Source of the DNA: Candidatus Roizmanbacteria bacterium RIFCSPHIGHO2_12_FULL_37_23
GTDB taxonomy: Bacteria; Patescibacteriota; Microgenomatia; UBA1406; HO2-37-13b
DNA: 64,000 nucleotides
Direction: 5' to 3'
Assembly (NCBI GenBank): GCA_001788095.1
Contig: MFZX01000031.1
Location: 9,736-73,735 of the forward strand
Numbering within the stretch: the first letter of the stretch is position 1; each line of letters begins with the position of its first letter. This document shows, piece after piece, positions 17,039 through 28,238 of this stretch. Made by a program: the position numbers and the translations under genes. Under the pieces are notes generated by a model. It was not told where the DNA came from. It was given only the letters and a program-made list of their open reading frames with translations, and searched no databases.

Positions 17039-18739
17039 ATGAAATCACGACTTCCACCTTTTCATACTATTTCGGGCAACATTTCATTTAAAAAAGACAC
17101 AGTTCCCCAAGAAGGATCAAGGATCTATATGATTCCGCTTTTGTTAATTCTACTGATATCGATTCTTTTTGTACGTCTTTTCCAGCTTACTATCGTAAAA
17201 GGTGCATATTATCGTTTTGCTGCTGAAAATAATAGAATACGTGAAGTGTATAGCGAGGGCAATAGGGGTACAATCTACGATCGAAAGGGTTATGTTCTCG
17301 CATACTCGAAATCTGACACACAGGAAAAAAACGGGGTTGAAACGTTCAAACGTATGTATAACGATCAATCAGCGCTCGCGCATGTTATTGGTTATCGATC
17401 AATCGCCTCAGAAAAAGATATCAAAAATGATCTTTGCAAAGAGCCTTTGCGGCTCAATGATAAAGTTGGCGTCAAAGGAGTAGAAGCATTATATGAGTGT
17501 CATCTACGTGCTGAAAAAGGGAAAAAACTTGTGGAAGTTGACGCAGTAGGTAAGTATACAAAGACACTCTCAATGATTCCTCCTATTTCAGGAAAACCGA
17601 TCAAGTTAAGTATTGATGTAGAGCTACAGAACAAAGCGCTAGAGATTATTGAACAGAATCAGATTACAACGTCCGTTGAAGTGGATTTGAGAGATAAAAA
17701 TATCGCCATTATCGCGACACAACCTGATACCGGAGAGGTGCTTATGATGCTTTCTTATCCTACCTTTGATCCTGTGGCTTTTGAAGAGGGAAATAAAGAA
17801 TTAACACAACAATATTTCAAAGATAAACGCAAACCGCTTTTCAATAGAGTGTTACAAGGCACATATCCACCAGGTTCAATTTTTAAACCAATAGTTGCAG
17901 CTGGGGCTCTAGAAGAATCTGTTCTAGATCCTTCCGACATATATGTTGATGTTGGATTTATAGAAGCAGGGCCAATAAAATTCAATAATTGGTATTATCG
18001 TCAATACGGCCGTGTCGAGGGTGCAGTAGATATGGTTAGAGCACTTAAACGCTCAACAGATACATACTTTTATAAAGCTGGGGAAAAATTAACTGCAGAA
18101 AAAATCAAAGTGTGGGCAGAACGTTTTGGGCTAGGAAAACATACTGGAATCGAATTTGATGAAAAAACAGGTGTTGTTCCATCAGACTTCTGGAAGCGAG
18201 AAATTATCGGCGATAGATGGTTCTTGGGTGATACCTATAACTTATCGATCGGACAAGGGTATTTATTAACAACACCGCTCCAAATGAATCTCGCAACATC
18301 TGTTTTTGCAAACGGTGGTAATCTATGTAAACCCCAACTCTTAAAATTAACTGCAAAACACAATCAAGAACTTCTTGAAGATTCCCAACCTAAATGTACA
18401 TCGCTCAACCTCTCAAAAAAAACGCTTTCTACTATTCGTGAAGGAATGAAACAAGCCTGTGAATCTGGTGGAACTGGTTGGCCATTTTTCAATTTTGGTG
18501 TAAGCGATGATGGAGCAACATCGTCAGCCGATTTAAAGCGAATTCACGTCGGTTGTAAAACAGGCACCGCAGAAGCTCCGGGCGCAGATCTTCCCCACGC
18601 GTGGTTTACTATTTTCGCGCCATTTGATAAACCAGAGATTGCACTCACTGTCATGGTTGAAGAATCAGGTGAAGGATCAAATATTGCTGCACCAATCGCA
18701 AAAGAAATTTTGAAATTCTACTTCGAAAGAAGCGAATAG
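17039..18739 (+). CDS. mrdA: class B penicillin-binding protein (PBP2)
   Basis: TM, RGTIYDRKG, YPPGSIFK (SxxK), STD, KTGTAE. Confidence 0.9.
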   Translation: MKSRLPPFHTISGNISFKKDTVPQEGSRIYMIPLLLILLISILFVRLFQLTIVKGAYYRFAAENNRIREVYSEGNRGTIYDRKGYVLAYSKSDTQEKNGVETFKRMYNDQSALAHVIGYRSIASEKDIKNDLCKEPLRLNDKVGVKGVEALYECHLRAEKGKKLVEVDAVGKYTKTLSMIPPISGKPIKLSIDVELQNKALEIIEQNQITTSVEVDLRDKNIAIIATQPDTGEVLMMLSYPTFDPVAFEEGNKELTQQYFKDKRKPLFNRVLQGTYPPGSIFKPIVAAGALEESVLDPSDIYVDVGFIEAGPIKFNNWYYRQYGRVEGAVDMVRALKRSTDTYFYKAGEKLTAEKIKVWAERFGLGKHTGIEFDEKTGVVPSDFWKREIIGDRWFLGDTYNLSIGQGYLLTTPLQMNLATSVFANGGNLCKPQLLKLTAKHNQELLEDSQPKCTSLNLSKKTLSTIREGMKQACESGGTGWPFFNFGVSDDGATSSADLKRIHVGCKTGTAEAPGADLPHAWFTIFAPFDKPEIALTVMVEESGEGSNIAAPIAKEILKFYFERSE

Positions 18740-18748
18740 TTTCGTACC

Positions 18749-18785
18749 TCACACCTGACAGGTGTGATGAGGCTCACACATCATT
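18749..18785. repeat. palindrome family E TCACACCTGACAGGTGTGA
   Basis: Intergenic copy here; second copy inside tatD at 11309-11345. Confidence 0.65.
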
Positions 18786-18831
18786 TGACACACTTTGAAG
18801 AATGATTCGAGCCTTTCATGATCTTTTGAAA

Positions 18832-20277
18832 TTATAATCTTTTGAAATAAGGTTGTTGAATAGTAACTTTTTCTCCCCCAAACTGCTTGAGCATTTTTTC
18901 CGCAGTTTGAGGCAAAAATGGCTGGAGCGCCTCGCCAATATCTACCAAGGAAGCTAGTCCTTCTATACCAATAATTATTTCCTGTAATGTTTTAAGAGAC
19001 TCTTGCTTTGTTTGTCTCCATGGTTCTTTACGATTTATATACTTATCTAGATTCGCTATAGACATCCAGATTACCTCTAATGCTTTATCAAATTTAAAAT
19101 CCCTAACGAGAGCTCCGACATCCTCCATTAACTGATTAGGCCTATTTCTTACAGGAATCATTAAGTCATGCTTATGAGCAAGCTTCGCAACTCTTGAAAT
19201 CAAATTCCCCAACCCATTAGCTAAATCTGCATTATATACTTCTTTAAAACGATCGTCTGATACGTCTCCATCTTTCCCCGAAGGAACTTCACGAAGAAGA
19301 TAATATCGTACAGCATCAACGCCGTACTTCTCCAAAAAAGTAATTGGATCAATAACATTCCCTACTGTTTTGCTCATTTTTTGACCCTGCGAAGTAATAA
19401 AACCATGTACATATAATTGTCGTGGTGGTTGAAGGCCTGCGGACAGCAAGAATGCCGGCCAGTATACTGCATGAAAGCGTATGATATCTTTACCAATTAC
19501 CTGTGCATCAGCTGGCCACCATGTTTTATATTGCTCATCATCCCAACCAAATCCCACACCTGATTGATAAATATTGAGGGCATCAAACCACACATACATT
19601 TTTTGTGTATCGTCACCGGGCACTGGAACGCCCCAATTTTTCGCACGTTCATTTGTTCTTGAAATACTAATGTCTTGCAAAGGTTCTTTGAGAAATCCCA
19701 GAATCTCGTTTTTTCTTTCCCTAGGAATAATTTTGAGGGTGTCTTTTGTAATTAAATCAAGAATCTGCTCTTGGTATTTTGAGAGTTTGAAAAAATAATT
19801 CTTTTCAGATACTTTTTCAAGTTTTTTTCCAGGATGATGAAAGCATTCGCCTTGTTCATCTAATTCGTCTTCTGCGTAAAACATTTCGCATCCTACACAA
19901 TAAAGCCCTTCGTATTCTTTTTGATAAATATCACCGTTGTTATTACATAGTTCCCATAATTTCTGACTAGCGGGATAGTGTTTTTCTTTATCGCTGCCAC
20001 GCTGGAACACATCGATCTGGACATGGTAAGCTTTTGATAAATCAATAAAAGCCTGGGAATTCTCATCAACAAATTCCTGAATAGGTTTTCCTGCTTTCTC
20101 AGCGGCTTGAACATTCTTCAGCGCGTTTTCATCAGCCCCAGAAAGAAGGCGCGTCTCGTCACCGATAAGACGGTGATATCGAGCAATGACATCACATTGT
20201 ACAAATTCTAGTGCATGACCGATATGAGGCTTTGCATTAACATATGGTATAGCAGTGGTGAGATAGAATTTTGACAT
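18832..20277 (-). CDS. metG: methionine--tRNA ligase
   Basis: TTAIPYVNAKPHIGH, YVWFDAL, GKDIIRFH, KMSKT. Confidence 0.98.
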   Translation of the reverse strand: MSKFYLTTAIPYVNAKPHIGHALEFVQCDVIARYHRLIGDETRLLSGADENALKNVQAAEKAGKPIQEFVDENSQAFIDLSKAYHVQIDVFQRGSDKEKHYPASQKLWELCNNNGDIYQKEYEGLYCVGCEMFYAEDELDEQGECFHHPGKKLEKVSEKNYFFKLSKYQEQILDLITKDTLKIIPRERKNEILGFLKEPLQDISISRTNERAKNWGVPVPGDDTQKMYVWFDALNIYQSGVGFGWDDEQYKTWWPADAQVIGKDIIRFHAVYWPAFLLSAGLQPPRQLYVHGFITSQGQKMSKTVGNVIDPITFLEKYGVDAVRYYLLREVPSGKDGDVSDDRFKEVYNADLANGLGNLISRVAKLAHKHDLMIPVRNRPNQLMEDVGALVRDFKFDKALEVIWMSIANLDKYINRKEPWRQTKQESLKTLQEIIIGIEGLASLVDIGEALQPFLPQTAEKMLKQFGGEKVTIQQPYFKRL

Positions 20278-20284
20278 AAAAGTA

Positions 20285-21436
20285 TTATAACAGCTCTAAC
20301 ATCTCAGCAGCCCAGATCATGCCAGTATGTGCCCCATGATAAAAGGGTCTTCCACGATAAGGTTGACGTCCATCAGGTTCAAATACTTCAACATATGTCC
20401 CCTCTCTTAAAATCCACTGTTCATATTCTTGTAGCTGAGCTTTTGCATATGCAGGATCAACGCGCGCGGCCAATTGGATATAACGGGGACCAAGCATTGA
20501 CCAAACTGTTGTTCCTTGAAAATTAGGCGCAACTGCTTGAGCAATTAATTCCAAATCTCGATCATCGTGATCCTCAGCAACATGGTACCGTAATGCAAAA
20601 GGATGATCAAATCCTGCATCTCGAATAGTATCGATGGTCGAGGCAAGCATTTTATCATCTGAAACGATACCGAGCATAAACGGTATTATTGCTGTATCTC
20701 CAGAAAGTTGCGGTCGTTTTCCTGAATCATTATCAATAAAGTGCTTTCCATTCCAAAAACGTTCCAAAAACGTCGACCGTAAGTCAATACCACAAAGTGG
20801 GTTTTCAATGGAATCAGCAAAATCGTTATCAAGAAGTTCTTGAAATTTAAGAAGAAAAGCATTTGATGATGAGGTTGCTCGACGAGTAATCATGTCTTTG
20901 ATTGTGGGAAAATGACGATCTCGGCGAACACCATTAGTTTTCGGATCGTAGACTTTTGCTACATATGCATCAACCTGTGCCTGAAGAAAATCGCCGTAAC
21001 TATCTAGTATTTCTTGCGCTTGGAGGGTTTTGATTGATTGTAATAACCATACCATTGAATCAGCCGCATATGAATACACATTGAATGGTAAGCTATTTGG
21101 TGCAATAGTCGTAGAGACACGACCGTATAAAGCGTACTGTTGCATTGCCCATTGAAGTGATTGTCGAGCTTGCTCCTCATATCCGGCGCGCATTAAATCT
21201 GCAAGAACAAATCCAAAATCGCGAATCCAGAATTGATTTATTGGTGATTCTCCAGCTTCAAAATAAACTCCATTCCAACGCTTCTCAACAATTGCTCTAC
21301 AGATATCACGCGCAGAACCGGCATATCGAGTAGGTTCTGGAGTACGGATATGTTGTGGTACTATTCTCGCCCCTTCTTGTCCAAGAAGAACCATTTGCCT
21401 AACAAGCGAAGGCCCTACGCGCTCATTGAAACTCAT
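20285..21436 (-). CDS. six-hairpin (alpha/alpha)6 glycosidase-like protein
   Basis: FWIRDF motif, FQGTTVWSML, YVEVF near the C-terminus. Confidence 0.7.
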   Translation of the reverse strand: MSFNERVGPSLVRQMVLLGQEGARIVPQHIRTPEPTRYAGSARDICRAIVEKRWNGVYFEAGESPINQFWIRDFGFVLADLMRAGYEEQARQSLQWAMQQYALYGRVSTTIAPNSLPFNVYSYAADSMVWLLQSIKTLQAQEILDSYGDFLQAQVDAYVAKVYDPKTNGVRRDRHFPTIKDMITRRATSSSNAFLLKFQELLDNDFADSIENPLCGIDLRSTFLERFWNGKHFIDNDSGKRPQLSGDTAIIPFMLGIVSDDKMLASTIDTIRDAGFDHPFALRYHVAEDHDDRDLELIAQAVAPNFQGTTVWSMLGPRYIQLAARVDPAYAKAQLQEYEQWILREGTYVEVFEPDGRQPYRGRPFYHGAHTGMIWAAEMLELL

Positions 21437-21552
21437 ATATTTCAGACGCCTGTGCGTTGAGCCAATAGTATACAGCACGAGAGGTAGTAAGTATTAGGTA
21501 TTACGTATCGTCTTGTTTTCTTCTTCAGCTCATGCTACTCTAATAGTATCCA

Positions 21553-24192
21553 ATGAGTAAAAGAAAATTTGTTATCGCTTCAGTAATTTTAGGTATTTCT
21601 CTATTGCTTGCTGTTGTATATTTTTATCAAAGTTCTTCAACACAACAAGGACACCCTTCTTCAACCAGGATCCAAGAAGCTCTTAGAAATAAAAAAATAG
21701 CTCAATATTTTGAGGATCTCGTTCCTCCTGAAACAGCTTCATCTGAGAATACACTTTCTTTTATTATTGATTCATATGAGCTTGGTGCCCAACTTCCTTC
21801 TATTCCTCAGAACCCTCGTATTTATGCATTGAAAACCCGATTCACTCATGCAGAGATAAATCAACTCGCTACAAAACTCCTTGGACCTAATGTGTCAACA
21901 GAATACCTCAGTGATAAAAATTTCGTTTCTCTCAATTCCAAACATGGCACGTTAACATTTAACACAACAACGGGAGCATTTTCGTTTTATTCACTTCTCA
22001 CAAAACTCCCGTTTCAAACAACACAAGATCAACCTGATATTCGACCACAACTTACGCAGTATCTAAAAAATTCACTAGGGGTTATTGACGATACCATAAC
22101 AGCAACTGCATATTACACAAGGAGCACTAATTCTAATATCACGTATTATGAATTCCATCGTGACTGGGATAAAGTAGGACTCGCTATTATTAATCCGGTG
22201 GGTGTTATAAACCTGCCTACTTCCAAGAGCGTAAGTCAACTGAGTCTCACGGGATTTGATGAATTTAGCCCAGATGATACAACAATTACATTTGCTTCAG
22301 ATGTTCCGGGGAAAAAGAGAAATGATGATTTTAACACCATGACCGTCGCTGTTTCACAGGAAGGTTATGTCGTTTCTATTGATTCAAACATCCGGCTTAT
22401 AACTGAAGAAAGAACGCTCGCTGATGCAGGACTAACACTCCTTGATCCAAATAAAGTTATCGATGAAATTAAACATGACGGCTCATACTTCAATATCGCC
22501 CTTCCTTCAGGAGAGGGATTTATAAGTCTTGAAAAAACATTCCCGAATCATGAACTTAAAGCAAAAGTTGCAGAAATTACTGACGTTTCTTTAGTGTTTA
22601 CAGAAAAACACGGGGATGTTACTCAAAAATATTTATATCCTTCATATATTGTTCGCGGTGTTGCTGAAACAGAAACAGGGGTGCGAACAAAATTTGCGCA
22701 AACTGTACCAGCTATAAATGATATTAGTAAATTATCTCAAACATCATTATTGGAAAAGGTTATATCGTATTTTGGGAAATTCTCAGTTAAGCAAGTCTAT
22801 GCACAATCGGATTCCCAAAAATGTTTTACTGAAATTATCTATCCTTGTGGAGAAGGCGAAGATTCTGTTCAGTGTACTTTTACGTTAAAAAGATGCATCA
22901 CACCTACTACAACAGTGCCTACGGTAACAGTCCCTACAGCAACTCCATATATAACACCTCCTCAGGAACCTTCATCAACCCCTGTACCAGATCTTCCAGG
23001 ACCTTGTGTTTTATATCGACTAAATGAAGAGGATGAATATGATATTGTAGAACTTGCAAATGAATTTGCTATTGATGCTCCTGATCTTAATAGTCCGATT
23101 AATCCTTTTGGGTGGAGGTATGATATACCAGGCATAGGTGTTATTGCTTATTTCCCTGTTTCTCTTCCTGATGGTCCTATTGCTGTAAGAATTTCACGAA
23201 GCACAAATGCGCGACCAGGAACACCATTGGCCGGGGGTGAAGTGCTTTATGGAAGGCAATTTGATTCTCTACAAATACAGGTAGAGTTAGAAGTAGCAAT
23301 TCGCGCGGCACAAAGAATTCAGCAAGATCCTTCACTTCTTAGATATATCGATCATCCTCGTTATCAAGTGGAAATGATTGATCTAAATCATATATTTCCT
23401 GAAGTTGGGTACGACATGCTTGATAATAGAATCATGAATAGTTTTGGAATACATTGGAATATCCAGCAGGCAGTGGAAGAATATAACGGCTGGACACTCG
23501 AACAACTAGCAAACACTACACAAGAACTTGCTGAGGTGCCCACGAGAATGCTTATTGGAGCTCGAAGAGCAACATATGGAGATAATCCAATAGGTCGGGA
23601 TGCTAATCAATTTGTTTTAGATGCTCGATGTAAATTCTTATCGCCTGTATCACCACTCTTGTATTTTTATCCTGAACAACCATTACGTATAACATTATCC
23701 TTCTTGCATCCGTATGTGGTTTATGGTGAACCCATTCTTAACAAAAATCTTGTATTTAACGCATATCCATCGGGAAAATTATTATTTGATGGGATTGAGA
23801 GAGATAAATATCATTACGAATATAGCTCTGTGAAATTTGACAAACCACAACAAGGATGGATTATTCCTTCTGAAAATGTCTTTTCTTATCTTCAATACAA
23901 TCTTGCCCCGAAGCTTGGATTACAAGATAATGAGTTGACTGACTTAATACAAGATGTAAGAGGGAGTCTTGCTGGTAAAAATCAAAAACCGTATATGTTT
24001 ATCGGACTTATTCCTGAGAAACAATTGGGTGAAAAACTTCCCTTTGAGATCAATCCAAAGCCCCAGAATATATCGAGAAAACATCTGTATATTTCTTTTA
24101 TGGATACAAAAAACTATGTAGAAGCTCCAAAAGTTACATCAATACATCGAAATGGATTTGATGTCGTAGAACTTGGCGTTTATGTTGAATAA
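21553..24192 (+). CDS. large membrane-anchored surface protein
   Basis: N-terminal TM, PT-rich linker, C-terminal PLLYFYP...GFDVVELG domain. Confidence 0.8.
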   Translation: MSKRKFVIASVILGISLLLAVVYFYQSSSTQQGHPSSTRIQEALRNKKIAQYFEDLVPPETASSENTLSFIIDSYELGAQLPSIPQNPRIYALKTRFTHAEINQLATKLLGPNVSTEYLSDKNFVSLNSKHGTLTFNTTTGAFSFYSLLTKLPFQTTQDQPDIRPQLTQYLKNSLGVIDDTITATAYYTRSTNSNITYYEFHRDWDKVGLAIINPVGVINLPTSKSVSQLSLTGFDEFSPDDTTITFASDVPGKKRNDDFNTMTVAVSQEGYVVSIDSNIRLITEERTLADAGLTLLDPNKVIDEIKHDGSYFNIALPSGEGFISLEKTFPNHELKAKVAEITDVSLVFTEKHGDVTQKYLYPSYIVRGVAETETGVRTKFAQTVPAINDISKLSQTSLLEKVISYFGKFSVKQVYAQSDSQKCFTEIIYPCGEGEDSVQCTFTLKRCITPTTTVPTVTVPTATPYITPPQEPSSTPVPDLPGPCVLYRLNEEDEYDIVELANEFAIDAPDLNSPINPFGWRYDIPGIGVIAYFPVSLPDGPIAVRISRSTNARPGTPLAGGEVLYGRQFDSLQIQVELEVAIRAAQRIQQDPSLLRYIDHPRYQVEMIDLNHIFPEVGYDMLDNRIMNSFGIHWNIQQAVEEYNGWTLEQLANTTQELAEVPTRMLIGARRATYGDNPIGRDANQFVLDARCKFLSPVSPLLYFYPEQPLRITLSFLHPYVVYGEPILNKNLVFNAYPSGKLLFDGIERDKYHYEYSSVKFDKPQQGWIIPSENVFSYLQYNLAPKLGLQDNELTDLIQDVRGSLAGKNQKPYMFIGLIPEKQLGEKLPFEINPKPQNISRKHLYISFMDTKNYVEAPKVTSIHRNGFDVVELGVYVE

Positions 24193-25093
24193 TAAAATTT
24201 TTGCCATTATCGGAATTGTATTTCTAGCTCTTACAGGACTTGTCACGTATTCGTATATACAAGTTAGACAACAAAGAGATGTGGGTGCCGCAGATATACT
24301 TCCACAACAATGTTTAGCTCTGGGAGGAATTGTATATCCAAGTCAATCGTGTCCTCCTGGATATACACAAAAAGGAACGGTCGATGATGGCTCGCAAACA
24401 GGTGACCTCGGTGATATACAAAAAATTGGTCAGGGAGTATGCTGTGTACCAGATGTTATTCCGCTCACGCTTACTCCATCACCCACTATAACAGGAGCTC
24501 CAAGTAGTTCTCCCACACCTACTCCTGTGATATCAACAACAATAACACCAACACCTACTCCAATGTGCCCGTTGTGTGAGCCAGTAAAAATTCTGCCTAT
24601 TTCTGGAACTGATACGTTGCCAAGTTGTGATCCGACATGTGATTTCACCATTATTCAGGATCCCAATAGCTGTCCTGCACTCAATGAAACAGTAAGTATA
24701 AGACTTGATGAAGACGGTTGTATCACCTACGATGTTGATGGAACTAAGATTACGAAATGTGGAAAAAAGGGTGACGTCCTTACTTTTCCTGCTTCTCGAT
24801 CGGGTCATATTATCATATCTTTAACATGTAATCGCCCAACAGCACAGCAACAACAAATGAGTTTCCCAACCGGAACCGGTGATGGTATAAAAATTCCAAG
24901 CACTCTCATTACACCACCTATTGATCTTGTGTGTAGAAAAGAATTGACTGTTGTTTGTTTTACACCTACACCTACAATAACTCCTCCTCTCACCATAACA
25001 GTTTCACCAACACCTGGTTTTTGTAAGTTGCCGGTACCAACATTACTATTTCAGTGTGCGTATGGTTGTGTACGGATAAACGTTCCACAGTGA
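24182..25093 (+). CDS. membrane-anchored Cys- and Pro/Thr-rich surface protein
   Basis: TM followed by many Cys and TPTP tracts. Confidence 0.8.
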   Translation: MLNNKIFAIIGIVFLALTGLVTYSYIQVRQQRDVGAADILPQQCLALGGIVYPSQSCPPGYTQKGTVDDGSQTGDLGDIQKIGQGVCCVPDVIPLTLTPSPTITGAPSSSPTPTPVISTTITPTPTPMCPLCEPVKILPISGTDTLPSCDPTCDFTIIQDPNSCPALNETVSIRLDEDGCITYDVDGTKITKCGKKGDVLTFPASRSGHIIISLTCNRPTAQQQQMSFPTGTGDGIKIPSTLITPPIDLVCRKELTVVCFTPTPTITPPLTITVSPTPGFCKLPVPTLLFQCAYGCVRINVPQ

Positions 25094-25094
25094 T

Positions 25095-26228
25095 ATGCAT
25101 ATAACAGAGGAACTTAAAAATAAACTAATACTTATCTCTGCACTAACTTCTGTAATTGGTGTATTGGCTGGTTTTATGCTTATTCAAAGAACACTTACTC
25201 TTGAGAATAGAGCCAATACTGATCTTGTGTGTAATCTGAGTTCTGCGCGCTGTATAGTAAATCTCCTGCCTGGAGAACAATATAGTGATTTTTATATTAA
25301 AGTCAATGAAATTGATGGTGATGTAAAAAGTATGATTAAACAAGGCGGGTTAAATGAAGTTGCAGTTTTCTTTGATGCACAACAAGGAAAAGAATATGAA
25401 TGTGAAGTTATTCCGAGTGATCGTTCAAATCCTCTATGTGTTCCTACACGAACAAGAGGTAAAGCACCTTTGTGCGTTACACCAAGTCCATCTCCCACAG
25501 GACCAGTTACACCAACTATTGAACCACCAACTCCTTCAATCTCTGAACCACCAACTATAACAATTACAGAATCACCATCAGTAACACCTCCAACTCCTAC
25601 AGTAACTATTACTACCCCAACTCCTACGATAGTACGCGCATGTCCAGTAAGTGATAGAGATGGAGAATTAGAGCTTATACCGCTTCCCTTACCAACTGGC
25701 ACTGCAAAACTCGTATGTAGATTTAGTCAAAAGTGGTTGTGTAGAATACCAAATAGTTTGCTGGAAAAACTCCAGGATTCACGGTTCCGGCTTGTGATTT
25801 ATAAAAATGGTTCTTTGTTTAGTACTGGTCCTTTAAATGGGCAAGAACATGAATTTGAAGCTGAAAATGGTTCAGACTATACGTGCAGATTAGAACTTCT
25901 TGATGAAAATGATTCGGTTTTAGATGTGTGTCTTTCACTTACTGGGTCTCAAGAATGTGTTCTCAATCGTTCTTTACTAACACCGACCATAATGCAATTA
26001 CAGCAGCAAAGAAACTTTAACCAAAATAATTATCAGAATAATCAAACACTTTGCGTCCGGTCACAAGGAGATTTAAACAATGATGGAAGCGTGAATATGG
26101 ACGATGTTACCTTGTTTAGACAGGCTTATTCAAACAGGATACAAAGTTCTTCAGGAGATCTGAATTGTGATAGTAGAGTAGATTTGTCTGATTGGTTAAT
26201 CTTAGGAAGTGGCGTACTTGTAAAATAA
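25095..26228 (+). CDS. membrane-anchored surface protein with C-terminal dockerin-like domain
   Basis: GDLNNDGSVNMDD and GDLNCDSRVDLSD repeats; PT linker. Confidence 0.82.
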   Translation: MHITEELKNKLILISALTSVIGVLAGFMLIQRTLTLENRANTDLVCNLSSARCIVNLLPGEQYSDFYIKVNEIDGDVKSMIKQGGLNEVAVFFDAQQGKEYECEVIPSDRSNPLCVPTRTRGKAPLCVTPSPSPTGPVTPTIEPPTPSISEPPTITITESPSVTPPTPTVTITTPTPTIVRACPVSDRDGELELIPLPLPTGTAKLVCRFSQKWLCRIPNSLLEKLQDSRFRLVIYKNGSLFSTGPLNGQEHEFEAENGSDYTCRLELLDENDSVLDVCLSLTGSQECVLNRSLLTPTIMQLQQQRNFNQNNYQNNQTLCVRSQGDLNNDGSVNMDDVTLFRQAYSNRIQSSSGDLNCDSRVDLSDWLILGSGVLVK

Positions 26229-26308
26229 ACCGTTTTGTGTTTTCCAACCCTCGGTGTTATAACCCTCGGGGTTGTAACCCCGAGGGTTAGTTGATACATG
26301 TCTACGAA

Positions 26309-27978
26309 TTGACTTTTCACAACCTTCTATAGTATATTACCTATTATAGGATTATTTTTTGGTGGCATGATTGCGTTTTTCGCACGTGCTGCGTTCTTCG
26401 CGCTCATGCCGCACTTTGAAAGAAACGGCAATTGATATACGAGATACTACTTGCATACGTCTCGTGTGTAGGGTCGAATTGTGGGAAGAATATACCACTA
26501 TTGTCATCCTGAATCCGCCTACTGGCGGAATTCAGGATCTCGATTATTCCCGGAATCCGACCCTTCACACCGAATGGTGTGTGTAAGTGGTATTAGTGCA
26601 AGGAGAGGAGGTATACAACCAAATACCCGAAGGTCCCGCTAGGGACCCGTATCTGCTGTCATCCGCATCCCCGTGAGGGGAAACCCGAAGGAGACGGCCT
26701 TGAGACTCAGGTTCCTCACGCTACTGCTTGCAGTAGCACTCGTGACCACGTTGGCGGCGGCCGCAGCTCCCATGCTCGCGAGCGCCCCGAACGTCAACGA
26801 GACGACGATGGCGAACGCACGCGCGCCTGCTGCGTGGACCAACGACTCCGTGGGGATGAACGACAGGGCGACTTTCGCAAGGATGAGCGCGTCTCGCGCG
26901 GATCCGGTGCCGATCGTGGCCTTCAGCTCGTCGATCTCCGGCCAGGGCATGGTGTACGAGAGCCTGCGGGGCTACACGACTTCGAACGACGAGATCAACG
27001 GCACCGTCTACGCGACGAACGACGGCCGAGCGATCTACATCTACGACCAGAACGCGCTGAGCTCGACGACAACCGCACGGAACGGCACCGCGGCGTGGAC
27101 GAGCGAGAACACGAACGGAACGGCGACGGTGAGCGCTACTGCATGGTCTGATGACCACTACGTAAGGATGAGCCAGCTGGCGCTGAAGATGCCTACCTTC
27201 ACGGCCGACTTCGTGGCGAACGGCGCGACGGCTCGCGTGACCCCCTGGCGGACTGACCAGGTGGCGATCGCGGCAGTGGTGACGGTGGAGCAGCTGCTCT
27301 AGCACACGATCAGGAGCGCTGATCTCCGCTGACCTCCTCCAGTAGTTAGGGACCGTCCCGGGCCAGTGGCCCTTGACGCGCCGGTTCTCGGTACACGCCG
27401 GGACGGTCCCCGAGGAGTTTCATCGAGTAAAATGCATTCATCAGCATTCATCCTCCCCGGCCCCCCGCTCAAGTGCAACACCACTGAGCCAACAACGGAC
27501 TGGGCACCGTTGGATTGGGGGACCATTTGTACCCGGCAGGCCGCTTGGACGCGGAGAGATCGCTCGCGCGATCAATTTGTTCCGTTGAGAACGGCCTGCC
27601 GGGAAAACTTTCGGCCAGATGGCGATGACAGGATCAGAAGCCTGCAATAACGCTTACTCGTTCGGCACGAAACGGAACGCCTCCCTTTCGCGTCGACTGG
27701 CTGAGTCGGCTTCTGAGACATCACACGCTGCGCGCGTGCGTTCACTATAGTCAAGCTCGTGCACAGTTTCATCTGAAACTGGCTTGACAAGACTCTGGTC
27801 TCGCGCGCTTCTATCTTTCGACGGGAGATAGAAAGACCAGGGTCTGGTTTCACAGACTCGTATATCAACAGAAAACCCCGATGCAATCGGGGGCCGCTCG
27901 TCACGTATGTGACTTTTTGATAATTCCCTTCTTTGGGTTTTATTGATTTTTCGCGTGTGTGCGAGCGGTGCCGTTTCT
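26309..27978 (+). other. boxA-led GC-rich transcription unit 2, ends paired by long-range stems
   Basis: TTGACT 26309, TATATT 26333, hairpin 26362-26412, boxA-like GCACTTTGAAAG 26411-26422, stems 26421-26430/27969-27978 and 26432-26443/27857-27868. Confidence 0.75.
26700..27302 (+). CDS. secreted Ala/Thr/Asn-rich hypothetical protein (about 200 aa)
   Basis: GAAGGAG SD 6 nt before TTG; signal peptide MRLRFLTLLLAVALVTTLAAAAA; G/C-ending codons. Confidence 0.75.
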   Translation: MRLRFLTLLLAVALVTTLAAAAAPMLASAPNVNETTMANARAPAAWTNDSVGMNDRATFARMSASRADPVPIVAFSSSISGQGMVYESLRGYTTSNDEINGTVYATNDGRAIYIYDQNALSSTTTARNGTAAWTSENTNGTATVSATAWSDDHYVRMSQLALKMPTFTADFVANGATARVTPWRTDQVAIAAVVTVEQLL

Positions 27979-28080
27979 GTTGTTTCTTTTTACATCCTTC
28001 CGTTTGACCTTCCTTATTTGCTTTTCATTAATTGCTTTTCATTAATTGTTTTTCTTTATTTGCTTTTTTCTAATTCCCCG

Positions 28081-28238
28081 AGGTTGCGAGCGTAACCAAC
28101 CTTCGATGTTGGTTTGTACTCCAACCTCCCGGGTTCTAATAACTTTTTCATTTTTATTCTTCTAGTTTCTATTTTTCAATGCTTCAAAATCAATTCTTCA
28201 AATCCCAAGGTTGCGAACGTAATCAACCTCTAAGGTTG
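28081..28238. repeat. two REP-like family B copies between units 2 and 3
   Basis: aggttgcgagcgtaaccaaccttcgatgttggtttgtactccaacct and cccaaggttgcgaacgtaatcaacctctaaggttg. Confidence 0.8.

Noticed and set aside
26721-27904. Numerous overlapping ORFs on both strands in the GC-rich region
   Set aside because: Expected shadow ORFs of high-GC DNA; only 26700-27302 has an SD, a signal peptide and codon bias
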